Below, piece by piece: positions 1 to 12,330 of a DNA stretch of 64,000 nucleotides (position 1 is its first letter; every line of letters begins with the position of its first letter). This DNA comes from Octopus vulgaris. Taxonomy: Eukaryota. The notes beneath the pieces are model-generated. The model saw nothing but the letters and a program-made list of their open reading frames with translations. It did no database searches and was not told the DNA's origin. The translations under genes were made by a program, and so were the position numbers. The stretch lies in assembly GCA_951406725.2 (NCBI GenBank), contig OX597826.1, positions 47,182,001 through 47,246,000 on the forward strand, read 5' to 3'.

Positions 1-1966
1 AATGCAAAAATATTTTATCTTTGATATTGCGTTCTGACTGCGTATCGTTTGAGGAGGTATTTAAAATTTCTCTGCTAAAAGCATGTTGCAGCGTTGTGTT
101 CCTTTGTGTGTTTCTTGCTGTACCCAGAGTATTTATAAACTTTTAACAACTATTTCTTTACTTATACCATCCGATGTGTGGCTGGAAAAAGTGGCATTTA
201 TTTTAGTGTGATATCATACTGACTGCGAAATTACATTGGATATCGAGCTGAAATTGTTAACTATAATATATCTTGGGTGGGGAAATCGTAAAAATGTATA
301 ATATTGTCGGTGAATATAGAAAAAAATATAAAGTTCTCATGTTGAATATGTTCCTAAATAGCTCGTCAGAAATAAACATAACAGATTGAATCAATTTACA
401 CATTCGTTATTCATTGGAAGAGAGGTTTTAAAGAGAGGGTCAACCTGTCGCTATTATATTTGTTTGGATGTTTGATTTACGTTCATTTAAAATGTAAAGA
501 TTATTTAATTTTTTATGTATTTTATTTTAAAACATCAATTTTATCGTTAAAATGGTTCACTTGTCTATTAGCCAGTCGATGTATTTGTTCCTTCTGGTGC
601 TTATTTCATTTATTGTAAATGAGGAATGATTGATATCTGACTTAGTCCTAGAATGAATATTCACAGTTTATCTTTCAAAGCACGTCTGTTAATAAAAGCA
701 AACGAAAAAGAAAACATAATACAAACGAAAACTGAAATAACGTTACATAAAAAATATATAATCACGATGAAAAGAAAACAAAGAAGCCGGCAAGCAATCT
801 GTTATGATTGTGACAGCAAGACAATGCAGAAAAAGAAAACGTTTTGTTTCTTTTATCTTCCGTTTGTCGAAAGTTCCGTTCTCTTAACAAACGCTTCCTG
901 TTCGTTGTTAAAACTCTATACGGGGTGGGTTTAGATTATCTGACCGTTTTTTCTTTTTTCTCTTTCTTCTGTAATTGAAATGTAAAATTGTTCAGGAAGG
1001 AAATAGAATCATAATAGATTTCTATCGTTTCATTTTGGGAAAAATTTGAAATATTTCTTATTTTCTCTTTTTTTCTTCCGTATATATTTTTTTTTCTTAA
1101 ATTTACAAGTAAGATAAAGAAAGATAAGCGATACATTTTGTTGTGAATCGGTTGAAATTTCAAGCCAAATAATTTGAGCCAACATTGAATAGAGATAAAT
1201 ATTAAACTAGTTGCTTTGGCTGTTCATGACGCCAAACAATGTTGTTTAATAAATCTCGATAAGATATCAGAAAGTGTAAATTGACAGTTGTTATTCTTTT
1301 TTCTCTTTTAAATGCTGATGTATTCTAAGAAAGCAACAGTGCTTTGATATCTATTTATAGAAGTCAATAATAGCAAAATGACATTGATATACTTTTAACA
1401 TTCTCAAGTCATTACTTCGACATGGCTTAATTGACAGATAGATGCAAAAATAAAATAAAATGAAATAAAATAGATTTTTAATTTTTTTTCTTTTTAAAAC
1501 ATTTAAGTGATTTCTTTAAAATGTCTTCGAGAATCCCTTACAAAACTCGTATGACATAATGCAATACTTTATTACCAAGCAAGCGTTATTGATGTTTATC
1601 CACAGCACGAGAGGCTGTGAAAAGGATACACTTTTGGTTAAATTGCAGTCATTGTTGACGTTTATCCACGGATCTAGGAGCCACATAGTGTACACTCCTT
1701 TGAGGAAATTACGCCGCTGTAGTTATGCCAATGAGGGAGAAATTATATTGTTCTATTCCTGTTAACGAATTAATGACACCTGATTTAATGCCACCACATA
1801 ACCTGCAACTGCTTTTGCGGACTCTTTTCAGCGTTATAATTACAGGGATCTATTCTAAGGTTCACTTTCTCCCTTCATTTCACCAATTTCTGGCGCTTTA
1901 TAAATTATCATGAAGGACATACAGCTTCATCACATGAAGCTGTTTAAAAAAGTAAATAATATACTT

Positions 1967-2250
1967 GCAGACATGGCTGTGTGGTTAAGAAGCTCGATTT
2001 GAAACCGCTTGGTTTCCAGTTCAGTCCCACAGCGTAGCGTCATAGGAAGTATCTTCAAGTATAACTCCAGGTCGGCCAATGTCCTTTAAGTTAATTTGAA
2101 AGACGAAAATTATATGGGGGCCCGTCCAGTATTTCGTGTTATGTATATGTGTGCCTTTGCATTGTATTTGTTCCTCGCGCCCACCGTTTGACAACAGGTG
2201 TTGGCTTGTTTATGTCTCCGTAGCTTAGTGGCTCAGCAACAAGAGACCGA
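1967..2250 (+). mobile_element. SINE family A (tRNA head + CORE-like domain), degenerate, 3'-truncated
   Basis: Colinear with the well-preserved copy at 63061-63470 (TGGCTGTGTGGTTAAG A-box, GTTCAGTCCC B-box, GAGACCGA). Confidence 0.75.
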
Positions 2251-2419
2251 GAAGGAGAGAAAGGATTAGCAGAAAGAGTCATATGATACATATCAAAAGT
2301 TGCTGTCCTTTGACCCTGAAACAGAACTAAATCTCGAACTATATTTCCTGGTTACTATTAGCAGGTCAAACATCCAAAATTAAAAGGCTCCTCTTGGCAC
2401 ATACAAAGTTTATTGGTTA

Positions 2420-2649
2420 TTCTTTTATGCTTTTATTCTTTTACTTGTTTCAGTCATTTGATTGCGGTCATGCGGAATCACCGCCTTTAGTCAAACAAAT
2501 GACCCAGGACTTATTCTTTATAAGCCTAGTACTTATTCTATTGGTCTCTTTTACCGAACAGCTAATTTACGGGGACCTAAACACAGCAACATCGGTTGTC
2601 AAGCAATGGTTGGGCGACAAAGACACAGAAATATATACATACACACACA

Positions 2650-2691
<42 letters not shown>

Positions 2692-2890
2692 AATATATAT
2701 ATATACATATATATATATTTATTTATATATACGACGGGCTTCTTTCAGTTTTCCTCTACCAAATCCTACTCAGAAGGCTTTGGTCGGCCCGAGGCTATAG
2801 TAGAAGACACTTACCCAAGGTGCCATGCAGTGGGACTGAATCTGGAATCATGTGGTTGGGAAGCAAGCTTCTTACCACACAGCCACGCCC
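2420..2890 (-). mobile_element. SINE family A, full length, internal (CA)/(TA) microsatellite
   Basis: Reverse complement matches 63061-63470 from tRNA head to the GACTGAAACAAGTAAAAGA tail. Confidence 0.9.
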
Positions 2891-3384
2891 CAATATTCTT
2901 CTGTTTGCATTGCCATAGATACCATATATTAAACAACCATATGTTATGCGTGATACGCCTGATATACATTTTCTTAATATGAGACAATATAGTGTAATAT
3001 TTCTTTTAGAAAGATTTGGCTGCGGTTTCTAATTTCATTAGATGATCATCCTATGACTTGTGTACCCTGTCAGAAATTGATATATTTTATTATTTCTTAT
3101 TGTCTGTAGCAAAATATTACTAAAATATAATAGCTCAATATTAAATGGTCACCTTTAAGAACATTAAGAAAACAAGAGTGCTGGTGAATTGTAGCGGTTT
3201 ATTGAAGCAAAGATGTTCTCTTTGATAAAATATTACTTCAATATTATTTGTTAAACAGTGAGAAGCTTGTCTCTAAAATATATTTTTGGCTCTCTTGGGT
3301 GACCTTATGTTAAATAGAATGTTGCACAATTAATTCAATATACATTGTTCGATCAGATTGAATATTAAGAAAGGAAATTAAGTG

Positions 3385-3416
<32 letters not shown>

Positions 3417-3609
3417 GTATGTATGTATGTATGTATGTATGTATGTATGTATGTATGTATGTACGTACATATGTATGTATGACTATACATACATACGTAC
3501 ATAGGTGTGTGTGTGTGTGTGTTTAGAGAGAGAGGGAAAGAGAGAGAAAGAGAATGAGATAATTTGATTAATCATTCGATCAGAAAGATAAACGCACACA
3601 CATATACAT

Positions 3610-3667
<58 letters not shown>

Positions 3668-3724
3668 GCGTAAAAATGTATATATATATATATGTGTGTG
3701 TGTCTATGTATATACATACATATG

Positions 3725-3814
<90 letters not shown>

Positions 3815-3964
3815 AGAGATATAAAGAGACTGATAGAGAATAGAAGAAAGAAGCAAAGGTACGTACAAACCATTGTGTATACAATTATGCGAAAGATAAT
3901 GTTATCAACACAAGCGTCACAACATTGTAGTACATTAGTATACAATGTATCCCAATATATAATT

Positions 3965-4090
3965 TTGGCTTCAAATTTTGACAGAAGTCCAGCAGATTCG
4001 GAGTCGGGTTTCAACTCAGGACGTAAAGCCGGAAGAAACACCGCTAAGCATTTTGTCCGGTGTGCTGATGATTTTGCCAGATAACCACCT
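3965..4090 (-). mobile_element. SINE family B, internally deleted remnant
   Basis: CCGCTAAGCATTTTGTCCGG head and TGGCTTCAAATTTTG tail shared with other B copies. Confidence 0.6.
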
Positions 4091-4112
4091 CACAGTGCTT
4101 CTGAATATATTA

Positions 4113-4540
4113 GGTGCAGGCGTGACTGTATGGTAAGAAGCTGGCTTCCCAACCACATGGTTCTTGGTTCAGTCCCACTTCGGAGCATTTTTGCTCAAGT
4201 GCCTTCTACTACAGCCTCGAGCCGACTAAAGCCTTGCAAGTAGAGTTGGTAGACAGTAACTGATAGAAGCCCGTTGTATATAAGTGTGTATATATATGTG
4301 TGTGTGTCTGTGTCTTGGTGTTTGTGTTTGTACGCCACCACAGCCTGAGTACCGGTCTTGGTACGTTTATGTCCAAGTAACTTAGCGGCTCGGCAAAAGA
4401 GACCGATGGAATAAGTACCAGGCTTAACTAAATCGTAGGTACTGAGATCGATTCATTCGACTAAGAACAACAACTTGCTCAAGGTGGTGGCCCAGCATGG
4501 TCACAGTCTAATGACTGACACAAATAAACGATACAGGATA
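4113..4540 (+). mobile_element. SINE family A, full length
   Basis: Colinear with 63061-63470. Confidence 0.85.
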
Positions 4541-4679
4541 TTGTATAGAAAATGGTACGGAGTGTTTATGGAGGGGACGACTTGTTTAATCAAACCTGAT
4601 ATGGGGTTAAACAGCAAATGTATATGCAAGTTCTATCAACATTTACGGAGAAAATTCTTTTAAAATTGTTTAAAGATAT

Positions 4680-5283
4680 ATCTTTTATTCTTATCGATCT
4701 GGTTACGTGTTTCATTCATTGGACTGCGGCCATAATGGGGCACCAACTTGAAGGGTTTAGTCGAACACAATGACCCCAGGAGCTATATTTTAGTCTTGTG
4801 TTTATTCTGCTTATTCTATCGATCATTTGTGCCGTTCTGCTAGATTGGAGCAAAAGGGACATAGACAAACAATCACAAGTTGCCAAGCGGTGGTGACAAA
4901 TACAATACAAGCACACTAATACAGACAAAGACACAGACACACGGGCGCACAGGCACAGATACATACACATATACAGACACGTAGATACATATAGACTTGC
5001 ATGTATATACACCTGCATACATACATGCCTGCATGCATACCTGCATATATACATACATACATGCGTACATATATACATGCATATGCACACACAATCACAA
5101 ACGCGCGAACACACACACATACACACGGCTGTCTTCTTTCAGTTTCTATCAACAAAATTAACTCACAAGACATTGGTCGACTTGAGCCTACAGTAGAAAA
5201 CAAATGCCCAAGGTGTCACGCAGTGAGCCTGAAAACGGAACCGTGAATTTTGGGAAGCAAGCTTCTTACCACACAACCACACA
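4680..5283 (-). mobile_element. SINE family A with expanded internal microsatellite
   Basis: Head ~5125-5283, tail ~4680-4900, ~220 bp CA/TA-rich insert between them. Confidence 0.8.
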
Positions 5284-5400
5284 TACTTCAGTTTAATTAA
5301 TTTCTTTAATTAAAAATAAAATAATCATGCATCTAAAACCGCGGTATGTTGTACATAACTCACATTAGAATATTTATTTGAGCTTTAACCTAAACCTAAA

Positions 5401-5793
5401 ATTCTTTTCTACTCTAGGCACAAGGCCCGAAATTTTAGGGGAGTGGGCCAGTCGATTAGATTGACCCCAGCACGCAACCGGTACTTAATTTATCGACCCC
5501 GAAACGATGAAAGGCAAAGTTGACCTCGGTGGAATTTGAACACAGAACATAAAGACAGACGAAATACCTATTTCTTTACTACCCACAAGGGGCTACACAC
5601 AGAGGGGACAAACAAGGACAGACAAACAGATTAAGTCGATTATATCGTCCCCAGTGCATAACTGGTACTAATTTAATCGACCCCGAAAGGATGAAAGGCA
5701 AAGTCGACCTCTGCGGAATTTGAACGTAACGGCAGACGAAATACCGCTAAGCATTTTGCCCGGCGTGCTAACGTTTCTGCCAGCTCGTCGCCT
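5401..5793 (-). mobile_element. SINE family B (tRNA head + Meta/MESC-like domain) dimer
   Basis: Two units, each with GCCTTTCATC(C/G)TTTCGGGGTCGAT; TSD-like TTAACCTAAACC on both sides. Confidence 0.9.
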
Positions 5794-5905
5794 TAACCTA
5801 AACCCAATATTATGAAGGTCAGGACTGCTGTGTAGAAATTTCTCAACGATTATATAGTTATTTCTTTGCAGATTCCTTTTCATTCTGAGAAGGCTAGTCA
5901 GCAAT

Positions 5906-6131
5906 ATTGGCTTCAAGTTTTGGCACAAGGCCAGCAATTTCGGAGCGGAGATAAGTCAATTAAATCGACTCCAGTGATTAGCTGATACATATTTAATCGA
6001 TGCTGAAGGGAGGAAAATCAACGTCAACATCGGCAAAAAGATGAAATGCAGAATCAACATCGACCTTAAAACATGAAATGCCGTTAAGCGTTTTGCCCGG
6101 CGCGCTAACGATTCCGCCAGCTCGACGACCT
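5906..6131 (-). mobile_element. SINE family B, degenerate
   Basis: GCGCTAACGATTCCGCCAGCTCG head and TTTTGGCACAAGGCCAGCAATTT tail. Confidence 0.75.
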
Positions 6132-6968
6132 TGTCTAGTCGGCAATATTAGAAAAACATTTTCTGATACCTCAGAAAATTTCTGAGCTCATGTAAAATAT
6201 ACTCCTCTGTACTTCATCCACTCCTCATTGGTCTTATTCAATGTATTTGGAAACTAGAGCAGTGACTTGCAAATCTGACGAAATCTCTTTTATTATCTAC
6301 CTCAAATATATTTAAGAAAAAAATACAGTGTTTAGCGATTTCTTTTCTTTCGTTTTAACAGATGATAATCAATCTCATGAACTGATAATCTATTTACGGT
6401 TTAACAAAATCCCGTTCTCTATTCTTCAAGTATTTCATATTCCTATAATTTTCTTTATTCTGTTTTTTCTTCTTAAGTATCTCGGAAGCTTAATCATTTC
6501 ATTCTTGTTTGACTCGTCTCTAAAAGGTAGGTATAATTGTTTGTCAACTAGAAATGAATTCTTTGCACTCTTTGTGCACTTAAAAGCTGAAAGCTCTTAA
6601 AATCATTTCCATTGGCACGTACACGGTTCTTCGATCCTATATTTGTTTGTGGCTTCCCCCATTTGTTATTCTTTATCACGTATTTACCATTATGACTGAT
6701 TTAGCTGTTTCATATTTGTAGATCTAAATAATGCAGAGGGCTTAGTCGGTGCCATGGCACCGTTTTATAACCACCTCTGTTGAATGTCGTGCAATTTGTC
6801 TATTGTCAGCTGGGAAAAAAAATGCTTGTAAAGGGGAAGAAAGCATTTAGACAAAGTGGCATTGACACGTACTCGGTGACTTATATAAATACAGAGGTTT
6901 CTGTAGACACATGAAATCACGTTAAAAGCTTAAGAATGAGTGAACGAGGAGGAGGAGGAGGAGGAGAA

Positions 6969-7015
<47 letters not shown>

Positions 7016-7739
7016 AGAAGAAGAAGAAGAAGAACAACAACAACAACACCAACAACAACAATATCAACAGCAAGTAATAAACGGTGCGAAAGACATAAAA
7101 TACAAAAAGACGTGAAAAGGAAGTAACGCTGATGTGAGAGGTTGGGAGTGTAGAGGTGTGTGGAAGGGAGAGAAAAAATAATAGAGATTTTGCAATTAAA
7201 TAGAAGAATATCTGGAGTAGAAATGTATAAATAAAGTTTAAACATGGAGGGCAAAAGAATAAACTTTAGCGCTGAGACAGTAATGGCCGATGGGAATATC
7301 ATAGTGTTGCATATAATGAAAGAGGAGAGAAAGAAAGAATGTAACTGGCGGGAAAGAAACATATTTACAAGTGACACCGTTAAGTAATTTAGAAAAGTTC
7401 AACGAGATATTTCTATTTGAATAAAATCCTGATGATGATCTGGCAGACTCGTTAGAACGTCGGAAAAAAATTCTTACACTATATGTATTGTGACATATTA
7501 CATTTTCAGTTAAAATCCCATCGATGACAACCGTGGCTTTCCTCCAGGTATGTTGAACAAAATCAAATTTCAGAAAATTATTGGTGGGAGGTGATTGTAT
7601 CGGCTTTTACGTTACTATCGAAAGAAATATATTTTTTAGATTATATTAGATGCAATAAGGCAGCGAGCTGGCAGAATCGTTGGAGCGTCAGAAAAAAAAT
7701 ATCACACGGCATTTCTTTCACCTCTTGCAAAATGAAATT

Positions 7740-8390
7740 TTTCGCGCAGTGACAGATGCAGTTAAATCTTTTTACAAAAACTTACGGGACGACGACACCC
7801 TTTCGTCAAAAGATGGGATATAAACTATGCTAAAGACAATTATCTTCATAAGATAGCTATGATACATGCTTTCGAAGACTGTAGAACCGCTGTCATCCAT
7901 AAAAAAAATCCGCAAGGGGATACTAAACATAGAGATGGAGCAATCCAGTCCATCCCTAATGAAATTCGTATTTAGAAATTGTATCGTAAACAGCTCTGTA
8001 GAGTATTCATTCTTCTGCTGCATCATTAACAACTTCAAATTATGTTCGGTGACCTATGTGGTTCGCAGAAAATGTGGTGTCTCCGACTTTGGAAGTATCA
8101 GCAGAAAACTGCACATCTGCATCAAATACAATGTGCGCAAAACCAATACAATCTATAAACAGCTGCTGAAGTACCAGGTGGAAGACTTTGCTGTATTCAT
8201 CAGAGCCATGAAATGCAACACGGGAAACCTTTGTATCAAAGAAACTATCTTAATTGAATAAGCTGAAATTAGGATTAAATAACTGACAAATAACTATATG
8301 AAATACACTGGCTACTATAGCACTTCCAGTCTGCACATGTCACAGATTTATTCTATCTCCTGTTCCATCTCCACGTATCCTGACGAAAGG
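7740..8390 (+). mobile_element. Decayed Penelope-like element (PLE): RT C-terminal/GIY-YIG endonuclease remnant plus start of pLTR
   Basis: ORF 7866-8261 contains VTYVVRRKCGVSDFGSISRKL..IYKQL..IKETILIE, resembling the PLE pattern VY.I.C..C...YIG.T.R.L..H..I.E...I; followed by a CTGACGA hammerhead half at 8380-8386. Confidence 0.65.
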
Positions 8391-9388
8391 TCTTCAAGGA
8401 GGTGCCCCGGTATAGCAGCAGTCCGGTGACTGAAACAAATAGAAGGCAAAAGATAAAACTTTCACCTGTATTGTGAATGTAGGGTATATATTAAAAGGTG
8501 CGAACGTATTGAGTCCTTAAGAGTACTGTTTGGTTAATTTTGCTAGTCAATATGAAGCCGGATATACTTGATTTATCACGGGATTTACTTGCGTATATTA
8601 TTGTTCCGTTGAGATGAACAGTATATTATTCAATGGTCAGGTGGTATCGGCCATTTACATTCAGACATAAGTGTACCCCAAACTTCACTTCCCACTGATG
8701 AAATAACAAGCAGACAGGTAGAAATTATTTCAGTGAAAGAAAGAGCAAAAATTAAGATTTAATTGAGTAGCATATTTATATTATAAGCAAAAAGGTACAA
8801 GAAGTCATGGGAAGGTTGTTATTAAATGTGTGAGTAACTCGGTAGCTTTTTATATAAATGATACATTAGATGGTTATTTAGTTTAATTATTACTCTAAGC
8901 TGAACTAGGAATATCAAATATAGCAGTAAGTTGGTAACTACCAAGTAATACTTTCAATGAAAAGCTTGAAGTATTACTAAATTGTAACAGCTGAAGCAAA
9001 ACGTTGAGTTTTTCTTTGGGGGCAGGATTTATTTTTTTTTCGAAACAAACGAAATCAAACCTTATCTTTCTCACAGCTGTATCCCTGAAAATTATATTTC
9101 TGCTGCTTTGTAAGATAATAAGGAATGAAATCTGGTGTAGCGTGCGGTATATCTTTATCATTCGTCTTTTGTCTGACCAAAATCTCGAAAGTGGTACCTC
9201 ACCACCTCGGAAGGTTTGGTTGAATAAATCGGCCCCAGTATTCATTTTTGAAGTCTGACACTTATTCTATCGTCTACCTTTGCCGAATCGCTTAGTGACG
9301 ATGACATAAACAAACCAGCATCTGTTGTTAGGTGAGAGATACGTACACGCATACGCACAAATATATATGATATGATATATGATATGAT

Positions 9389-9690
9389 GGATGCTCAATG
9401 GCCTAGTGGTTAGGGCAGTGAACTCGCGGTCGTAGGATCGCGGTTTCGATTCCCAGACCGGGCGTTGTGAGTGTTTATTGAGCGAAAACACCTAAAGCTC
9501 CACGAGGCTCCGGCAGGGGCTGGTGGCGATCCCTGCTGTACTCTTTCGCCACAATTTTCTCTCACTCTTTCTTCTACTGGCCTGCTCGCTTAGCTAGCAG
9601 GGTGGCGTCATTTGAAGACAAAACCAATGCGAAGCGCATTGTGACCAGCGATGTGTAGCAACATCTGATAGCCTGGTCGATCACGGTGAT
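9389..9690 (+). mobile_element. SINE family C (tRNA head), tail type 1
   Basis: TGGCCTAGTGGTTAGG A-box, GTTTCGATTCCC B-box; near-identical to 44422-44698. Confidence 0.9.
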
Positions 9691-9751
9691 ATATGATATG
9701 ATATGATATATGTATATATATATATATATATATATACATGCATACATATAT

Positions 9752-9918
9752 AAAGTTCAAATTTACAGAAAATACAAGTGTATTAATTTAACGCTCGGAA
9801 AGAATGATGAAAAAGTCTTTGACGTTTCGAGGCTACGCTTTTCCTAAGAAAGGACTGAGGAGGGAAATGGAGAGAGAACGAAAAAAGCACAAAAAAGAAA
9901 TAACTGAGAGAGAAAAAA

Positions 9919-9925
<7 letters not shown>
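9752..9925 (-). mobile_element. PLE-pLTR-like short element family P1 with degenerate hammerhead (9817-9852)
   Basis: Reverse complement reads CTTT-CTTAGGA-AAAGCGTAGCCTC-GAAAC-GTC-AAAG; downstream CCGAGCGTTAAATTAATACA as in 57340-57520. Confidence 0.65.
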
Positions 9926-9954
<29 letters not shown>

Positions 9955-10596
9955 AATTATAATAATGTTATACGCTTAAAGCTCATAAACGATCCCTGTG
10001 CATTGACTAAGATAAATTAATCTAATTTTTAGGTAAATAAGTCTAGTTTGAGAGTATATAAGTCCTTGACGGACAAAATTATGGTGCACACACACACACA
10101 TATATATATACACACACACATACAAACACATACATATATATATATACATAAACATACATCCACACACACACACATATCCACAAACACACACACACACACA
10201 TGTAGATATATACAATTTTTCTTTATCAAATTCAACCCTCGGTTATAGTAATCGACACTTGCCCAAGGTGTCGCGCGGTGGGACAAAATCCGAAACCGCG
10301 TGGGTGCAAAGCGGCGATCTTCTTAGCTCCACAGCCATGTCTGCACCTAAACGAGACAAAGAATTAGAATTAGAAATGGAAAAGGATTCGAGATTTAAAC
10401 GTTAGACATGTGTTATTTGGTAGAATTTGGCGACATTCTCGCGCTTGTCTTTCTTTTGTGAATAACGTTCCTTTTGTTTTGTTTTGTTTTATTTTACATT
10501 TTTATATAAATGTTGATATTTATCTTCAAAGATTATTTCACACAAAATTATGTATGCGTGTGTGTGTGTATGTGTGTGTGTGTGTGTTTGTGTGTA

Positions 10597-10674
<78 letters not shown>

Positions 10675-10967
10675 GCTACCAGGAGCGGTCTTCCTAGGCT
10701 TGAATTCTGGGCAGTTACGGAAGATTAAACTTTGCCTAAGGAAATTGATACGAAGTAGGTTTAGTAAAAGAATGAAAAAAATATAAAATGAAAGAATCAG
10801 CGAATATAGTCGCCGTCTAGAAGACTAAACGAGCTATTTAGTACAGTTGAAGGTGGTGAGAGAAAGAAGCGTTTTAGAGTAAGAATTCCATTGATCCAAG
10901 ACAAGGGTTGAGCTGAGAGACCTCATGGGGGCGGTATGTAAAATTGGTCTCTATTAATTCAGCATAG

Positions 10968-11004
<37 letters not shown>

Positions 11005-11124
11005 GACTGCTGTTCCATTTTAAGTGTTAATGCTAGAAGTTTATGTGTAAAAATGGAAAAATTAATAATCAACTTTAGATCTAAGCCGTACATAGCGCAG
11101 TAAGAATCCTTTCTGATAGAGCCA

Positions 11125-11322
11125 TAAGGCCTGAAATTTTTGGAATGTTTCACTAACACTTTATTTATCGATCCTAATGTTTTACTGGTACTTAATTTAT
11201 CGACCACGAAATGGTGAAAGGCAGAGTCTACCCCGGCAGAATTTGAACTCAGAACTTAAAGACTGACGAAATATCCCTTAGCATTTTGGCCGGCGCACTT
11301 ATGATTCTGGCAGCTCACCGCC
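11125..11322 (-). mobile_element. SINE family B, degenerate
   Basis: ACTGGTACTTAATTTATCGAC..TGAAAGGCA..ATTTGAACTCAGAAC. Confidence 0.8.
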
Positions 11323-11386
<64 letters not shown>

Positions 11387-11389
<3 letters not shown>

Positions 11390-11760
11390 TTCCTCCTTAG
11401 CGAAGGCGGAAGTATTGTTTTCAGGTTTTGGGGGTTTGTTTATTTGTTTGTTCGTGGACAAGATATCTCAAGTACCGCTGGATGGATTCGGATGAAACTT
11501 TCAAGGATGTTTGGCATCGTGATTGGCACGAACTGATTTGATTTTGGGATCGATGTAGTACCGGACAAGGATTCTGGATTATTTTTCCTGTTTTTTTTTT
11601 ACTTAATTTTTGAGAGCGATCGGATTCATTTTTAGTATTCTCGTTTGTGAGAGCAGTCGAGTTTATTTCAGATATTCTCATTTTAAAATCATCTCTGGCT
11701 AATCGTTGATAGGATGTTGGTGTTGCTTCGGCGAAGGTTTGCGCTCTCTGAATGCTCTTG
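11387..11760 (+). mobile_element. Non-autonomous Helentron/HINE-like element
   Basis: 5' CTTCC..GGAAG hairpin/subTIR, (GTTT)n-like tract, TGGATGGATTCGGATGAAACTT block, 3' GGCGAAGGTTTGCGCTCTCTGAATGC hairpin; recognised by resemblance only. Confidence 0.55.
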
Positions 11761-11787
11761 ATATTAATGTAATGATGATAATAATAA

Positions 11788-12330
11788 TGGCTTCAAATTT
11801 TGCCACAAGGCCAGCAATTTTGGGGGGAGGGGATGAATCGCTTACATCGACCCCAGTGTTCAACTGATACTTATTTTATTGACCCCGAACAGATGAAAGG
11901 GAAAGTCAACCTTGGCGGAATTTGAACACAGAACGTAGCGACGAACGAAATACCTATTTCTTTACTACCCACAAGGATTAAGTCGATTATATTGACCCCA
12001 GGGCGTAACTGGTACATATTTAATCAACCCCGAAAGGATGAAAGGCAAATTCGAGCTCGGTGGAATTTGAACTAAGAACGTAACGGTAGACGAAATACCT
12101 ATTTCTTTACTACCCACAAGGGGTTTAAACACAGAGGAGACAAACAAGGACAGAAAGACGGATTAAGTTGATTATATCGACCTCAGTGTGTAACTGGTAT
12201 CTAATTTACTGACCCCGAAATGATGAAAGGCAAAGTCGACCACGGCGGAATTTGAACTCAGAACGTAACGGCAGACGAAATAGGCTCCCAATTCGCCCGG
12301 CGTGCTAACGTTTCTGCCAGCTCGCCGCTT
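11788..12330 (-). mobile_element. SINE family B trimer
   Basis: Three Meta-like units joined at GAAATACCTATTTCTTTACTACCCACAAG (11947, 12092); only the rightmost unit has the A-box head. Confidence 0.9.

Noticed and set aside
6747-6762. 16-bp palindrome CGGTGCCATGGCACCG resembling an RFX X-box
   Set aside because: Both half-sites deviate from GTTGCC/GGCAAC; single instance with no promoter context.
9389-9462. tRNA gene (also the heads of SINE A and B)
   Set aside because: The cloverleaf is incomplete and the sequence continues into a multi-copy SINE body.
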